Source: Polaromonas sp. (GTDB taxonomy: Bacteria; Pseudomonadota; Gammaproteobacteria; Burkholderiales; Burkholderiaceae_C). Taken from it: a stretch of DNA of 64,000 nucleotides. The stretch lies in contig JANYGP010000031.1 of assembly GCA_025362315.1 (NCBI GenBank), forward strand, positions 59,886 to 123,885, read 5' to 3'. A program made the translations under genes and the position numbers. Below the pieces are notes generated by a model. The model saw only the letters and a program-made list of their open reading frames with translations. It ran no database searches and was not told where the DNA came from. Of the stretch, positions 21,645 through 32,221 are shown piece after piece (position 1 is the stretch's first letter; each line of letters begins with the position of its first letter).

Positions 21645-23180
21645 CTATTTGCTTGTTGGCATGACAAACTCTGCGCCTTTGCCAATGCTTTCTGGCCAGC
21701 GCTGCATGATCGATTTTTGCTTGGTGTAAAAACGCACGCCTTCTTCGCCGTAAGCATGCATGTCGCCAAACAGGCTTTTCTTCCAGCCGCCAAAGCCGTG
21801 CCAGGCCATGGGCACCGGGATCGGCACATTGATGCCCACCATGCCGACCTGAATGCGCCTTGAAAATTCACGCGCCACATAGCCGTCTCGGGTGAAGCAG
21901 CTCACGCCGTTGCCGTATTCATGCGCGTTGATCAGGTTGACCGCCTCGGCAAAATCCTTGACACGCACACAGCCCAGCACGGGGCCAAAAATCTCTTCCT
22001 TGTAAATGCGCATGTCAGGCGTGACATGGTCAAACAGTGTGCCGCCCATCCAGAAGCCGTTTTCGCTTCCTACGCCCGCATTTTTTCCAGAAAAAGGACG
22101 GCCGTCCACCAGCAGTGTGGCGCCTTCTTGTACGCCGACGTCGATGTAGCCCGTGATACGCTGGTGCGCAACACGGGTGACAATCGGGCCCATTTCAGCG
22201 TCCAGGTGCACGCCGTTTTTGATCACCAGTGTCTTGGCACGTTCGGCCAGCATGGGCACCAGCTTGTCCGCCACATCGCCGACCAGCACAGCAACTGAGA
22301 TGGCCATGCAGCGCTCACCTGCCGAGCCATAGCCCGCGCCAATCAGCGCATCAACGGCTTGCTCCAGGTCCGCATCGGGCATCACGACCATGTGGTTTTT
22401 GGCACCGCCCAAAGCTTGCACGCGCTTGCCGTGGTGTGCGCCTGTCTCGTAAATATAGTTGGCGATCGGTGTGGAGCCGACGAATGAAATGGCCTTGACA
22501 TCGGGGTGTACCAGCAGTGCATCCACTGCCTCTTTGTCACCCTGCACCACATTGAACACGCCATCGGGCAAGCCAGCCTGTTTGAGCAGATCGGCCATGA
22601 ACAAGCTGGCGCTCGGGTCAATTGGGCTGGGTTTGAGAATAAAAGCATTGCCTGCTGCAATGGCCACCGGAAACATCCACATCGGCACCATCACCGGAAA
22701 GTTAAACGGCGTGATGCCCGCCACCACACCCAGGGGTTGCCGCAGCGTCCAGTTGTCAATGCCGGTGGAGACCTGGTCGGTGAAGTCGCCTTTAAGCAGC
22801 TGAGGTATGCCGCAGGCAAACTCGATGATGTCGATGCCGCGCGACACCTCGCCTTGTGCATCGGTGAACACTTTGCCGTGCTCGGCTGTGATCATGTGGG
22901 CGAGTTTGTCTTTGTGGATGTTGACAAGTTCGAGAAACTTGAACAGCACGCGCGCCCGGCGAATCGGCGGTGTGTCTGCCCAGGCAGGGAAGGCTGCTTG
23001 CGCGCTGGCAACAGCGGCATCAACATCGGCTGTACTGGCCAGTGCAACCTGGCCGGTGACAGCGCCAGTTGCCGGGTTGAACACATCCTGGCTGCGGCCG
23101 GAAGCGCCGCTGGCGGTACGGCCATGGATGAAGTGACCAATGGCGGGCACTGCCACGGTGGTTTGTGGGGTAGCGGACAT
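21645..23180 (-). CDS. mmsA: CoA-acylating methylmalonate-semialdehyde dehydrogenase
   Basis: [41 protein letters not shown]. Confidence 0.93.
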   Translation of the reverse strand: MSATPQTTVAVPAIGHFIHGRTASGASGRSQDVFNPATGAVTGQVALASTADVDAAVASAQAAFPAWADTPPIRRARVLFKFLELVNIHKDKLAHMITAEHGKVFTDAQGEVSRGIDIIEFACGIPQLLKGDFTDQVSTGIDNWTLRQPLGVVAGITPFNFPVMVPMWMFPVAIAAGNAFILKPSPIDPSASLFMADLLKQAGLPDGVFNVVQGDKEAVDALLVHPDVKAISFVGSTPIANYIYETGAHHGKRVQALGGAKNHMVVMPDADLEQAVDALIGAGYGSAGERCMAISVAVLVGDVADKLVPMLAERAKTLVIKNGVHLDAEMGPIVTRVAHQRITGYIDVGVQEGATLLVDGRPFSGKNAGVGSENGFWMGGTLFDHVTPDMRIYKEEIFGPVLGCVRVKDFAEAVNLINAHEYGNGVSCFTRDGYVAREFSRRIQVGMVGINVPIPVPMAWHGFGGWKKSLFGDMHAYGEEGVRFYTKQKSIMQRWPESIGKGAEFVMPTSK

Positions 23181-23328
23181 ATGAACTTTCAAAAGGCAAA
23201 TTTGTGAGGAAAACAGGACCGATGACAACAACGCAACACGCCATTCACCCCGGGCCAGACCTTCCAGTTTAGTACGTCAGGTGGCTTCTTTTTGATTTGA
23301 CACTGCAGTCATCTTTTAAACTACCGCC

Positions 23329-24855
23329 ATGCACATACACATCCTCGGCATCTGCGGCACATTCATGGGCGGCCTGGCGGCTTTGGCTGTCGAGGCAGGG
23401 CACAAAGTCACGGGCTGCGACACAGGGGTGTATCCGCCCATGAGCGACCAGCTGCGTGCCCTGGGCATTGGACTGATTGAAGGCTACGGTACGGATCAAA
23501 TCGCTTTGAAGCCAGATGTGTTTGTGGTGGGCAATGTGGTGTCTCGGGTGCATGTGGAGGGCAAGCCAAAGCAATTTTCCGACGGGCCGCCCCTGGGAAA
23601 ATTAGCCCCAATCTTCAAGGAAAGGGGCAGCGACTCGCCGAAGGCACGCGAGGCGACAAGCGTGGGGCATCCCAAGTATCCACTGATGGAGGCTATTCTG
23701 AATGCCGGCCTGCCGTATACCAGCGGCCCGCAGTGGTTGAGCGGTCATGTGCTGCACCACCCCACTCATCACATCACAGGACCGCGCCATGTGCTGGCCG
23801 TAGCCGGCACGCATGGCAAAACCACCACCACTGCCATGTTGACCTGGATTCTGGAGTGCGCCGGGTTGCAGCCGGGCTTTCTGGTCGGCGGGGTACCGCT
23901 TAACTTTGGTGTGTCAGCACGCCTGGGTGCGGGCAATCCCTTCGTCATTGAAGCCGACGAATACGACACCGCGTTTTTCGACAAGCGCAGCAAGTTTGTC
24001 CACTACCGCCCGCGCACGGCGATATTGAACAATCTGGAATTTGACCACGCCGATATCTTTGACAACCTGGCGGCCATTGAGCGGCAGTTTCACCACCTGG
24101 TGCGCACGGTGCCGTCCACCGGGCGCGTGGTTGTCAACGCGACCGAAGAAAGCCTGGAGCGTGTGCTGGCGCAGGGCTGCTGGAGCGAGAAGGTACTTTT
24201 CGGCAAAGCCTGGGCCAACAAGTCTGGCTTCACAGCTGTGGGCGAGCCGAATGACTTCAAAGTGCTCAAAGCTGGCCAGCAGGTGGCGCATGTGCGGTGG
24301 GGTGTCAGCGGCGTGCACAACCAGTTCAATGCACTGGCTGCCATCGCTGCTGCCGAGCATGTCGGTGTTGACCCGCAAACAGCGGCGGCGGCGCTGGCCA
24401 GTTTTGAAAACGTCAAGCGCCGCATGGAGATCAAGGGCGTGATTCAAACAGGCGGAGGCAGCATCACGGTGTACGACGATTTTGCCCACCACCCCACGGC
24501 CATTCGCACCACCATCGACGGCCTGCGCCGCCAGCTGAACGCAACGGGCCATGCAGCCGACCGCATACTGGCTGTGTTTGAGCCGCGCAGCAACACCATG
24601 AAGCTGGGCAGCATGACAGCGCAACTGCCGCGTGCCCTCGAAGCTGCAGACATGGCCTTTTGTCATGCGGGCGGCCTGGACTGGAACGCCCGCGAAGCCC
24701 TGGCACCGATGGTGGATCGGGCGCGTGTGGCTGACACGGTCGAGCAGCTGGTGGCTCAGGTCCAGGCTGCAGCCAGGCCGGGTGACCATGTGCTGTGCAT
24801 GAGCAATGGCGGTTTTGGTGGTGTGCATGGCAAGCTGCTGGCAGCGCTGGCTTGA
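23329..24855 (+). CDS. mpl: Murein peptide ligase Mpl, with a 35-aa in-frame repeat insertion
   Basis: [59 protein letters not shown]. Confidence 0.96.
   Translation: MHIHILGICGTFMGGLAALAVEAGHKVTGCDTGVYPPMSDQLRALGIGLIEGYGTDQIALKPDVFVVGNVVSRVHVEGKPKQFSDGPPLGKLAPIFKERGSDSPKAREATSVGHPKYPLMEAILNAGLPYTSGPQWLSGHVLHHPTHHITGPRHVLAVAGTHGKTTTTAMLTWILECAGLQPGFLVGGVPLNFGVSARLGAGNPFVIEADEYDTAFFDKRSKFVHYRPRTAILNNLEFDHADIFDNLAAIERQFHHLVRTVPSTGRVVVNATEESLERVLAQGCWSEKVLFGKAWANKSGFTAVGEPNDFKVLKAGQQVAHVRWGVSGVHNQFNALAAIAAAEHVGVDPQTAAAALASFENVKRRMEIKGVIQTGGGSITVYDDFAHHPTAIRTTIDGLRRQLNATGHAADRILAVFEPRSNTMKLGSMTAQLPRALEAADMAFCHAGGLDWNAREALAPMVDRARVADTVEQLVAQVQAAARPGDHVLCMSNGGFGGVHGKLLAALA
23572..23676 (+). repeat. 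Palindromic repeat inserted in-frame in mpl
   Basis: ttttcc..gggccgccc..ggaaaa-ttagcccc..ggggcagcga..cgtgggg; flanked by ccaaag/cccaag; reverse complement resembles 62767-62835. Confidence 0.7.
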
Positions 24856-24893
24856 AGGGGTTGGCCCGACGCTCACAACCCGATTTCAAGGCA

Positions 24894-24959
24894 TTTTATA
24901 AGTAAAAAGCGCGTGTAGCGCCCATATTACGGGCGCTAACAGCTATTCTTATGATAGTA
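24894..24959 (-). repeat. 66-bp TGCTAT repeat between mpl and SDR
   Basis: rc TACTATCATAAGAATAGC-TGTTAGCGCCC-GTAATAT-GGGCGCTA. Confidence 0.85.
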
Positions 24960-24977
24960 ATTTATTGAGTGATGGTT

Positions 24978-25898
24978 TCACATCAGGCCATCACAGACAG
25001 TGGGAAAGCGCAATTGCAGGCGCAGTTCGGACTTCATTCGCTGGTTGTCCAATCGTCGCGATTCACTCATAAAACTCATCTGCATGGCAGGCGTCTGCGC
25101 TGCCAGATCCGCCCGGGCCAGGCGAGGCGGACGCGGCAAGCCGTACAGGTCAGCAGCCTTGTCAAAGTAGTCGCCCATTTTCAGATCGGTGTCGTCGCTC
25201 ACATGGGTGATGCGTTGTGGCTTGCCGCGGTACAGCGCAGCCAGGCAGGCACGGGCCAGGTCATCGGCATGAATGTGGTTGGTGTACACGTCGTCGCCAG
25301 CAGCCAGCACAGGCAAGCCTTTGAGCAACCGGACGCGGGGTGTGCCGCCTTCGCGGTCCGGTGCGTAAATGCCGGGAATGCGCAAGATGTGAACCGGCAC
25401 ACCAGAGGCGCGGCCGTACCAGCGCAGCTGGGCCTCCGCATCGACCCGCCGTTGCCCGCGCGGGGTCGCGGCATTGACGGGTCGGGTCTCAGTCACCCAT
25501 TGACCCTGGCAGTCACCATACACACCACTGGTCGAGCCATACACCAGCTTGCGCACGGGGCTGCGCAGGCGCAGGGCACGCAGCAGGACTTTGGTGCGCG
25601 GGTCGGCAAGCGCTTGAGGGTCAGCATTTGGCGGCGGCGCAAGATGGACCACGTGGGTGGCAATGCCAGCGAGTCGACCAAGCGTGGCAGCTGTGTCCAG
25701 ATTGCCCAGCAGCGGCGTGATGTTTTTGCTTCGCAATTCGGGCAAGCGATGCTGCGACGAAGTCAGTGCAATGACATTGGCACGCGCTGGCAGCAAACCC
25801 GCCACCCGCAAGCCCACATCACCGCAGCCAATGATCAAAATGCGCTGGCGCCTGAAACGCGCTGGCAATGCGCCCAAGGGGTTTGAATTTGAAGGCAA
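24978..25898 (-). CDS. NAD-dependent epimerase/dehydratase (atypical SDR)
   Basis: ILIIGCGDVG, YGSTSGVYGD, LRIPGIY, NHIHADDLA; TTG start inferred. Confidence 0.88.
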   Translation of the reverse strand: MPSNSNPLGALPARFRRQRILIIGCGDVGLRVAGLLPARANVIALTSSQHRLPELRSKNITPLLGNLDTAATLGRLAGIATHVVHLAPPPNADPQALADPRTKVLLRALRLRSPVRKLVYGSTSGVYGDCQGQWVTETRPVNAATPRGQRRVDAEAQLRWYGRASGVPVHILRIPGIYAPDREGGTPRVRLLKGLPVLAAGDDVYTNHIHADDLARACLAALYRGKPQRITHVSDDTDLKMGDYFDKAADLYGLPRPPRLARADLAAQTPAMQMSFMSESRRLDNQRMKSELRLQLRFPTVCDGLM

Positions 25899-25950
25899 AA
25901 TTGGACTCTTTGTCAGTTGCACACAGCATAACGAACAGGACAGCTTTTTT

Positions 25951-27033
25951 ATGAGTTTCAACATCACCGTGCAGCCCAGCGGCCGGACATTTGTAGCAGA
26001 GCAAGACGAGGCATTGCTGTCAGCAGCCATACGCCAGGGCATTGGCATGCCCTACGGCTGCAAGGACGGTGCCTGCGGCTCCTGCAAATGCAAAAAGCTC
26101 GAAGGTGCGGTAGTGCAGGGCACGCACCAGCTCAAGGCATTGACGCCCGAGGAAGCCGCACAGGGATTTATTCTGACGTGCTGTGCCACAGCGCAAAGCG
26201 ATCTGGTGCTGGAGTCGCGCAATGTCACAGACGAAAGCGCCTTTCCCATCAAGAAAATGCCGACCCGCGTGGCCAGCCTGGCCAAAGCGTCGCACGATGT
26301 GATGCTTGTGCGCCTGCAGTTGCCAGCGGCTGACCAGTTCAAGTACCACGCCGGGCAGTATGTTGAATTCATGCTGGCGGGCGGTGCCCGGCGCGCTTAC
26401 TCAATGGCCAACGCGCCACACACCCAGGCCGAGGCACCGCAGCTGGAGCTGCATGTTCGCCACACACCGGGCGGCAAGTTCACCGACCACGTATTCGGCG
26501 CGATGAAAGAAAAAGAAATTTTGCGGGTCGAAGGCCCGTTCGGCAGTTTTTACCTGCGGGAAGACAGCGCCAAACCGATGGTGCTGCTGGCGTCCGGCAG
26601 CGGTTTTGCGCCCATCAAGGCCATGATTGAGCACATGCAGTTCAAGGGCATCACCCGCCCTGCAGTGCTGTACTGGGGCGGACGTCGCCCGGCTGATTTG
26701 TACATGCACGACTGGGTGCTGGACAAAGTGGCCAACATGCCCAATTTGAGCTATGTGCCGGTCGTATCAGACGCGCTGCCTGAAGACGCCTGGACCGGGC
26801 GCACAGGCTTTGTGCACAACGCTGTGCTGGCAGACATAACCGACTTGTCAGGCCACCAGGTCTATGCCTGCGGCGCGCCGATTGTGGTGGACTCAGCGCA
26901 GGCCGCTTATGTTTTGGCCGGGCTGCCTGAGGATGAATTTTTTGCGGACTCGTTTGTCACTGAAAAAGACAAGGCGATGGCCTCTGGCACGGTGACCGCT
27001 GTGGCAGAAGCTGTGGCCATTGCAACTTCTTGA
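25951..27033 (+). CDS. 2Fe-2S/FAD NAD(P)H oxidoreductase (CDP-6-deoxy-glucoseen reductase-like)
   Basis: PYGCKDGACGSC...LTC, RAYSMAN, GSGFAP, YACG. Confidence 0.9.
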   Translation: MSFNITVQPSGRTFVAEQDEALLSAAIRQGIGMPYGCKDGACGSCKCKKLEGAVVQGTHQLKALTPEEAAQGFILTCCATAQSDLVLESRNVTDESAFPIKKMPTRVASLAKASHDVMLVRLQLPAADQFKYHAGQYVEFMLAGGARRAYSMANAPHTQAEAPQLELHVRHTPGGKFTDHVFGAMKEKEILRVEGPFGSFYLREDSAKPMVLLASGSGFAPIKAMIEHMQFKGITRPAVLYWGGRRPADLYMHDWVLDKVANMPNLSYVPVVSDALPEDAWTGRTGFVHNAVLADITDLSGHQVYACGAPIVVDSAQAAYVLAGLPEDEFFADSFVTEKDKAMASGTVTAVAEAVAIATS

Positions 27034-27096
27034 TGGTGCTGATGACTGGTTTCGCTTTTGAAACTTCTTTGGAATATTTTTAAACAACGGAACACG

Positions 27097-28074
27097 ATGA
27101 TTTTTAAAGTTAAAAGCCTGTTGGCTATTTCGCTGGCAGTTTCCACTTTGCTACTGGCTTTTGCTGCCACTGCCCAAACCAGAATCACCCGCCTGATCGT
27201 GCCCTATGCAGCGGGCGGCCCCATTGACACCACAGCGCGCCTGATGGCCGAGCGCGTGAAGGACACCCTGGGCACCGTGATCATTGAAAACCGGCCCGGC
27301 GGCGGCGGCAACATTGGTGCTGATGCGATTGCCAAAGCAGTGCCCGATGGCCTGACCATCGGCATCGCAGCGGTTGCCACACATGCCATCAACCCCTGGC
27401 TTTACAGCAAGATGCCTTACAACGCCGCCACCGACTTTGCGCCGATCACGCAAATGCTGCGGGTACCCAACGTGCTGGTCATCAATGCCGACACGGCTGC
27501 GCGCTTGAAAATCAACACGCTGGCCGACCTCATCAAATACGCCAAGGCCAACCCGGCCAAACTCAACTACGCCAGCGGCGGCAACGGCAGTGCAGGGCAC
27601 CTGGCCGGTGAAATGTTCAAGGCGCAAGCCGGTATTTTTGCCGTGCACATCCCATACAACGGCGGCAACCCGGCGCAGCTCGCCCTGCTCAGCGGTCAGG
27701 TGGACTTTAATTTTGACAACCTGGCCACGGCCTCTGCCAACATCAAGGCAGGCAAGCTCAAAGCGCTGGCCGTGACCACTGCCAAACGCAGCATGCTACT
27801 TCCCGATGTGCCAGCCGTTGCTGAGACATTGAAAGGTTTTGAAGTCGACACCTGGTGGGGCCTGGTGGCCCCAGCTGGCACACCTCTTGACGTGGTGGCC
27901 AAACTGAATGCTGCATTTGTGGCAGCGCTCAATTCGCCAGAGGCCAAAACACGTTTTGCCGCACTGATGGCCGAACCTGTGGCTTCGTCGCCCGATCAGT
28001 TTGCGGCTTTTATGAAGTCTGAGCTGGCCAAATATGAGAAGGTGGTCAAGGCGTCGGGTGCGAAGGTGGATTGA
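27097..28074 (+). CDS. Bug/TctC-family periplasmic binding protein
   Basis: LIVPYAAGGPID, ENRPGGGG.IG, HIPYNGG. Confidence 0.93.
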   Translation: MIFKVKSLLAISLAVSTLLLAFAATAQTRITRLIVPYAAGGPIDTTARLMAERVKDTLGTVIIENRPGGGGNIGADAIAKAVPDGLTIGIAAVATHAINPWLYSKMPYNAATDFAPITQMLRVPNVLVINADTAARLKINTLADLIKYAKANPAKLNYASGGNGSAGHLAGEMFKAQAGIFAVHIPYNGGNPAQLALLSGQVDFNFDNLATASANIKAGKLKALAVTTAKRSMLLPDVPAVAETLKGFEVDTWWGLVAPAGTPLDVVAKLNAAFVAALNSPEAKTRFAALMAEPVASSPDQFAAFMKSELAKYEKVVKASGAKVD

Positions 28075-28120
28075 GGCTGCTGAACTTCTTCTTGCAACAG
28101 GCACGGGGCAGGTAAGCGGA

Positions 28121-28185
28121 TTTATAAGTCTTTTAAGCCTATAGACCATATAAACAGGGCGCAAGCAGCTCCTGATTAAATAGCA
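28121..28185 (-). repeat. 66-bp TGCTAT repeat overlapping the NUDIX stop codon
   Basis: rc TGCTATTTAATCAGGAGC-TGCTTGCGCCCTGTTTATATGGTCTATAGGC. Confidence 0.8.
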
Positions 28186-28685
28186 AATACCGACGCATCC
28201 GTGGTGACCATCGACAGCGGAAAACGCTGCCCCGCCAGGTAATCTTCCATGCATTTGAGCAGCAGCGGGCTGCGGTGCCGCTCGGTGCTGGCCCGGATTT
28301 CATCGGCTGTCAGCCACAGCGCCCGCACAATACCATCGTCCAGCGCCTGGCCTTCGGCATGTGCCCCCAGCTCGCCACAAAAGGCAAAGCGCAGGTAAGT
28401 GATGTCTTCAACGCCGGCTGCCCCATCTGCACTGGCACGCTGAAATCTCGACATGTACACCCCCACCACCGCCAGCGGCGTGAAGGCGTAGGCAGTTTCT
28501 TCCAGGGTTTCGCGGGCGCAGGCTTGCAGCAGGCTTTCCCCGGCGTCCAGGTGACCCGCCGGGTTGTTCAGCTTCAGGCCGTCACGGGTGTGTTCTTCGA
28601 CCAGCAAGAATTTTTCAACACCATCAAAGGTTTTGGCAATCACGGCGGCCACGGTCACGCTGGGTTTGAAATGTCGGATCATCAT
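28176..28685 (-). CDS. NUDIX hydrolase (NudJ-like)
   Basis: KPSVTVAAVI, PAGHLDAGESL..ACARETLEET, RSPL. Confidence 0.88.
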   Translation of the reverse strand: MMIRHFKPSVTVAAVIAKTFDGVEKFLLVEEHTRDGLKLNNPAGHLDAGESLLQACARETLEETAYAFTPLAVVGVYMSRFQRASADGAAGVEDITYLRFAFCGELGAHAEGQALDDGIVRALWLTADEIRASTERHRSPLLLKCMEDYLAGQRFPLSMVTTDASVFAI

Positions 28686-28704
28686 CCGATTTTAGGCAGC
28701 AAAG

Positions 28705-30342
28705 TCACGTCAGGGCGTCGATCACGCAGCGCGTGATGACAGGCGGCTCGGCGCCCACATGAAAGGCCAGCTTGCGCTCACGCAGCGACACATCGCTGGC
28801 AGTCACCCGGTCAAAGCGGCGCAGGTGTTCAGTCCATGAATCGTCAATGATCTGCTCCTGGTAATGGCCGGGTTTGCCCATGACGCGCAACAGCTCCCAG
28901 CCCAGGGCGCCCTGGCGCAGGCGGCTGCGCCGGCTCTCCAGCATCAGGGTCTTGAAGTCATCGGCCCGCAGCGGATCAATCACATATTCAATGGTGACCA
29001 CCACATGCCCTTTGCCGGGCGGCTCTTCGGCCACGGGCGGCTTGAATTCACGCGATGGGCTCAAGTCTTCTTCCAGACTGTTGTCGGTGATCCAGCGCTG
29101 CGCCAGGTACATGCACACCGACCCGCTGAGCGCAGCCACAAACAGCGCCGTGGGCACAGTGGTGACCGTGGCGGTTTGCCCCCACAGCGCCGCACCGCCT
29201 GCGCTGCCGCCCATGATGGCCATCTGGTACATCGACATGCCGCGCGCCCGCACCCAGTCCGGCAGCGACAGCTGGGCCGACACACTGAGCACATTGGCGC
29301 AGGTGATCCAGGCCACACCGTTGACCGCCATGGCCAATGCAGCCACCCACACATTGGGCGCGACAGCCACAACAAGCGTGGCGGCTGATTGCAGCAGCGT
29401 GGCGCGCAGCACCAGTGCATTGCGCGGCAACCACTGGCGCAGGCGCGGCATGCCCAGAGCCGCACAAATCGCGCCGGCCCCCATGCTGGCCAGCAGCAAT
29501 GTGAAGGTGCCTGCCCCACTGACCCATTTGTCTGCATGCAGGCCCCGGGCCACCAGCGGCAGCAGGGCCAGCAGGGCCGTTGAATGCAGAAAAAACATTG
29601 CCACCTGCACCAGCACCACCCGCATGCGGCTGGACTGCCACACATACTGCATGCCTACCCGCATGGCACCCACCAGCCGCTCGCGGCCCAGCGGGTTGGG
29701 CGTGTGTGTGCGCCGCCAGCGCATGATGACAAATCCTGAAATGACCGATAGCAGCGCGTTGAGCACAAATACATATTGCGTGCCCAGGCTGGCAATCAGC
29801 GCACCGGCAACCAGCGGGCCCACTATGCGCGACGCGTTCATGGCAATGCCATTGAGGGCCAGTGCAGCCGGCAGTTGCGCGCGCGGCACCAGCTCGGGCA
29901 CGATGGCCGCAAACACCGGCCAGCGCATGGCCAGCCCAATGCCGTTGGCAAACGTCAGGCCCAGCAGCAGCGGCGGGGTGAGCACGCCTGAAATGACTGC
30001 AATGCACAGCAGCGTGGCGACTCCTGCAATCCAGAACTGCGTGGCGATAAAGTACCGCCGGCGGTCCAGAATGTCTGCCAGCGCGCCGCTGGGCAGCCCC
30101 AGCAAAAACACCGGCAATGTGGCAGACGTTTGCACCAGTGCCACCCAGATCGGTGTGGTGGTCATGGACGTCATCATCCAGGCCGCTGCCACGTCGCTCA
30201 TCCACATGCAGGTGTTGGCCACCAGCCAGGTACCCCACAGCATGCGAAAAGCCATCACCTTCAGGGGTGCCAGCGCTGTCAGGTCTGAAGGAACTGGAGG
30301 GCTTGGTGCCTGGGTGGATGGTAGGGGTGGCTGCTCAGGCAT
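28705..30342 (-). CDS. MFS transporter with soluble C-terminal extension
   Basis: About 12 hydrophobic helices, GALADILDRRR motif A. Confidence 0.9.
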   Translation of the reverse strand: MPEQPPLPSTQAPSPPVPSDLTALAPLKVMAFRMLWGTWLVANTCMWMSDVAAAWMMTSMTTTPIWVALVQTSATLPVFLLGLPSGALADILDRRRYFIATQFWIAGVATLLCIAVISGVLTPPLLLGLTFANGIGLAMRWPVFAAIVPELVPRAQLPAALALNGIAMNASRIVGPLVAGALIASLGTQYVFVLNALLSVISGFVIMRWRRTHTPNPLGRERLVGAMRVGMQYVWQSSRMRVVLVQVAMFFLHSTALLALLPLVARGLHADKWVSGAGTFTLLLASMGAGAICAALGMPRLRQWLPRNALVLRATLLQSAATLVVAVAPNVWVAALAMAVNGVAWITCANVLSVSAQLSLPDWVRARGMSMYQMAIMGGSAGGAALWGQTATVTTVPTALFVAALSGSVCMYLAQRWITDNSLEEDLSPSREFKPPVAEEPPGKGHVVVTIEYVIDPLRADDFKTLMLESRRSRLRQGALGWELLRVMGKPGHYQEQIIDDSWTEHLRRFDRVTASDVSLRERKLAFHVGAEPPVITRCVIDALT

Positions 30343-30387
30343 GGCCAGGTTGCACGCCGTTGATCATGTTGTTGGTCATGCCGCTGG

Positions 30388-32211
30388 TCACGCGGTCTTT
30401 TTAATCTCATACAGCGCAGCGTCACCATCCGGCTTTTTGACCAGCGTCCAGTGCTGGTTGTGAAACGCGGCAACTGCCGGTTTGTGCGCGATCGATATCA
30501 AAGCGCCATGCACACTGGCCACATGCCCCAAGAGTTTTTCATACACGGATTTTTCGGCAATCTCGTCCAGCGCGCTGGTGGCCTCATCAGCCAGAATCCA
30601 TTTTGGTTTTTTGAGCAGCACCCGGGCAATCGCCAGACGCTGCTGCTCTCCACCCGAGAGTTTTTGGCCCCAGGCACTGACCTCGTCCAGCCGCCCGGCC
30701 AGTTGCGGCAGCAGCGCGTCTGTCAGCGCAAGCTCCAATTGCGCATCGCTGTACTGGCTGGCGGGCTGCGGGTAAGCCAGTGCGTCCCGAAGCGGGCCAT
30801 CCGGAAAGTACGGGCGCTGCGGTATGAACATCGCGTCCGCCGGCAGCTCGACTGCGCCGCTTGCAAAGGGCCAGATGCCCGCCAGACTGCGAAACAAGCT
30901 TGACTTGCCGCTGCCCGACGGCCCGTTGATCAGCACACTGTCCCCTGGCTGCACACTGAAGGTTTCGTGCTGCAGCAAATGCTGGCCTGAAGGCAGGCTG
31001 ATGCCCAGATCCCGCGCATTCAACCTGCTGCCGTCTGCTATTGAATGAGTAGCTGCTTGCGCCCGTTTTAATTGGGCTACAGCATTCATATTGTCTTCAA
31101 AACTGGTCAAACGATCGGTTGTGGCACGCCAGGCCGCCAGGTTTGAATAATTTTCGACAAACCAGCTCAGCGCGTCCTGTACCCGGCCAAATGCCGATGA
31201 AATCTGCATCAGCTCACCCAGCTGGATGGCGCCGCTGAAAAAACGCGGCGCTGCCACCAGAAACGGGAAAATAATCGCTGCCTGGCCAAAAAAGCTGGTG
31301 AACCAGATCAGGTTTTTCTGCTTCTTGATGAGCAGCAGATAGTTGGACAACACACTTGAAAATCGGCTGTCGAGCTGGGCGCGCTCAACTGCTTCTCCCT
31401 TGTCCATCGCAATCGATTCGCTGTATTCGCGCACCCGGACCATGTGGTGCCTGAAGTTGGCTTCATAGCGCTGCTGCTCAAAATTAAGCCGGATTTGCGG
31501 CCTGCCGATGTAGTGCGTGATCAAACTGCCTGCTGCGCAATACAGCAGCGCCATCCACACCATGAAGCCGGGAATGCTGTAGGTGCGGTCTGCCAGCGTG
31601 AACGAAAAGTTGCCCGACAGCGCCCACAAAATGCCGACAAAGCTGACCAGCGTGACCACCGAGTTGAGCAGCCCCATGCTCAGCGATATGGTGCTGCTGG
31701 TGAACAGGTTGATGTCTTCGGAAATCCGCTGGTCAGGGTTGTCTGATGCCACTTCAGGGTTGCTGGCAAAGCGCGCCAGCTCGAGCCGGTAATAAGCCTG
31801 GCCAGACAGCCAGCGCTTCAAATAATCTGCCGTCATCCAGGCGCGCCAGCGTACCTCCAGCAATTGCGTCAGGTAAAACTTGTACACCCCGATGATGATG
31901 AGCGCGAACGCCAGGTACGTAAACCGGCCCATCTGCTGCCAGAACACAGTCTGGTTCTTGTTTTGCAGCGCGTCGTAAAACACCCGGTTCCACTCGTTGA
32001 GCTGCACCAGCATGTACACCGACGCCAAATTGAGCAGCACAATCGCCACCAGCAAAATGCGCGCCTTCAGCTTTTCTTCAGACGAAAAATAGGGCCTGGA
32101 CAAGGCCCAGACCCGACGGCAAAAAGCAGTGAATCCGCTCAGGCGCGTGGGCAACTTCGTGGCTGCACCACTGGCAGGATCTTGCGCATCGGGTGTCAAA
32201 GGTGTTGTCAA
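30388..32211 (-). CDS. Fused ABC permease/ATPase, YddA/ABCD (Rv1819c-like) family
   Basis: DNPDQRISED, EANFR..VREYSESIA, GPSGSGKS, LSGGEQQR, ADEATSALD. Confidence 0.92.
   Translation of the reverse strand: MTTPLTPDAQDPASGAATKLPTRLSGFTAFCRRVWALSRPYFSSEEKLKARILLVAIVLLNLASVYMLVQLNEWNRVFYDALQNKNQTVFWQQMGRFTYLAFALIIIGVYKFYLTQLLEVRWRAWMTADYLKRWLSGQAYYRLELARFASNPEVASDNPDQRISEDINLFTSSTISLSMGLLNSVVTLVSFVGILWALSGNFSFTLADRTYSIPGFMVWMALLYCAAGSLITHYIGRPQIRLNFEQQRYEANFRHHMVRVREYSESIAMDKGEAVERAQLDSRFSSVLSNYLLLIKKQKNLIWFTSFFGQAAIIFPFLVAAPRFFSGAIQLGELMQISSAFGRVQDALSWFVENYSNLAAWRATTDRLTSFEDNMNAVAQLKRAQAATHSIADGSRLNARDLGISLPSGQHLLQHETFSVQPGDSVLINGPSGSGKSSLFRSLAGIWPFASGAVELPADAMFIPQRPYFPDGPLRDALAYPQPASQYSDAQLELALTDALLPQLAGRLDEVSAWGQKLSGGEQQRLAIARVLLKKPKWILADEATSALDEIAEKSVYEKLLGHVASVHGALISIAHKPAVAAFHNQHWTLVKKPDGDAALYEIKKTA
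31036..31102 (+). repeat. 66-bp TGCTAT repeat, in-frame in the ABC transporter linker
   Basis: TGCTATTGAATGAGTAGC-TGCTTGCGCCCGTTTTAATTGGGCTAC. Confidence 0.85.
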
Positions 32212-32221
32212 TCCGGACGCC

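Noticed and set aside
28874-30463. 529-aa plus-strand ORF and other long overlapping ORFs (17518-18567, 32752-33864, 24969-25886)
   Set aside because: Antisense shadows of well-supported genes in GC-rich DNA; no recognisable motifs.
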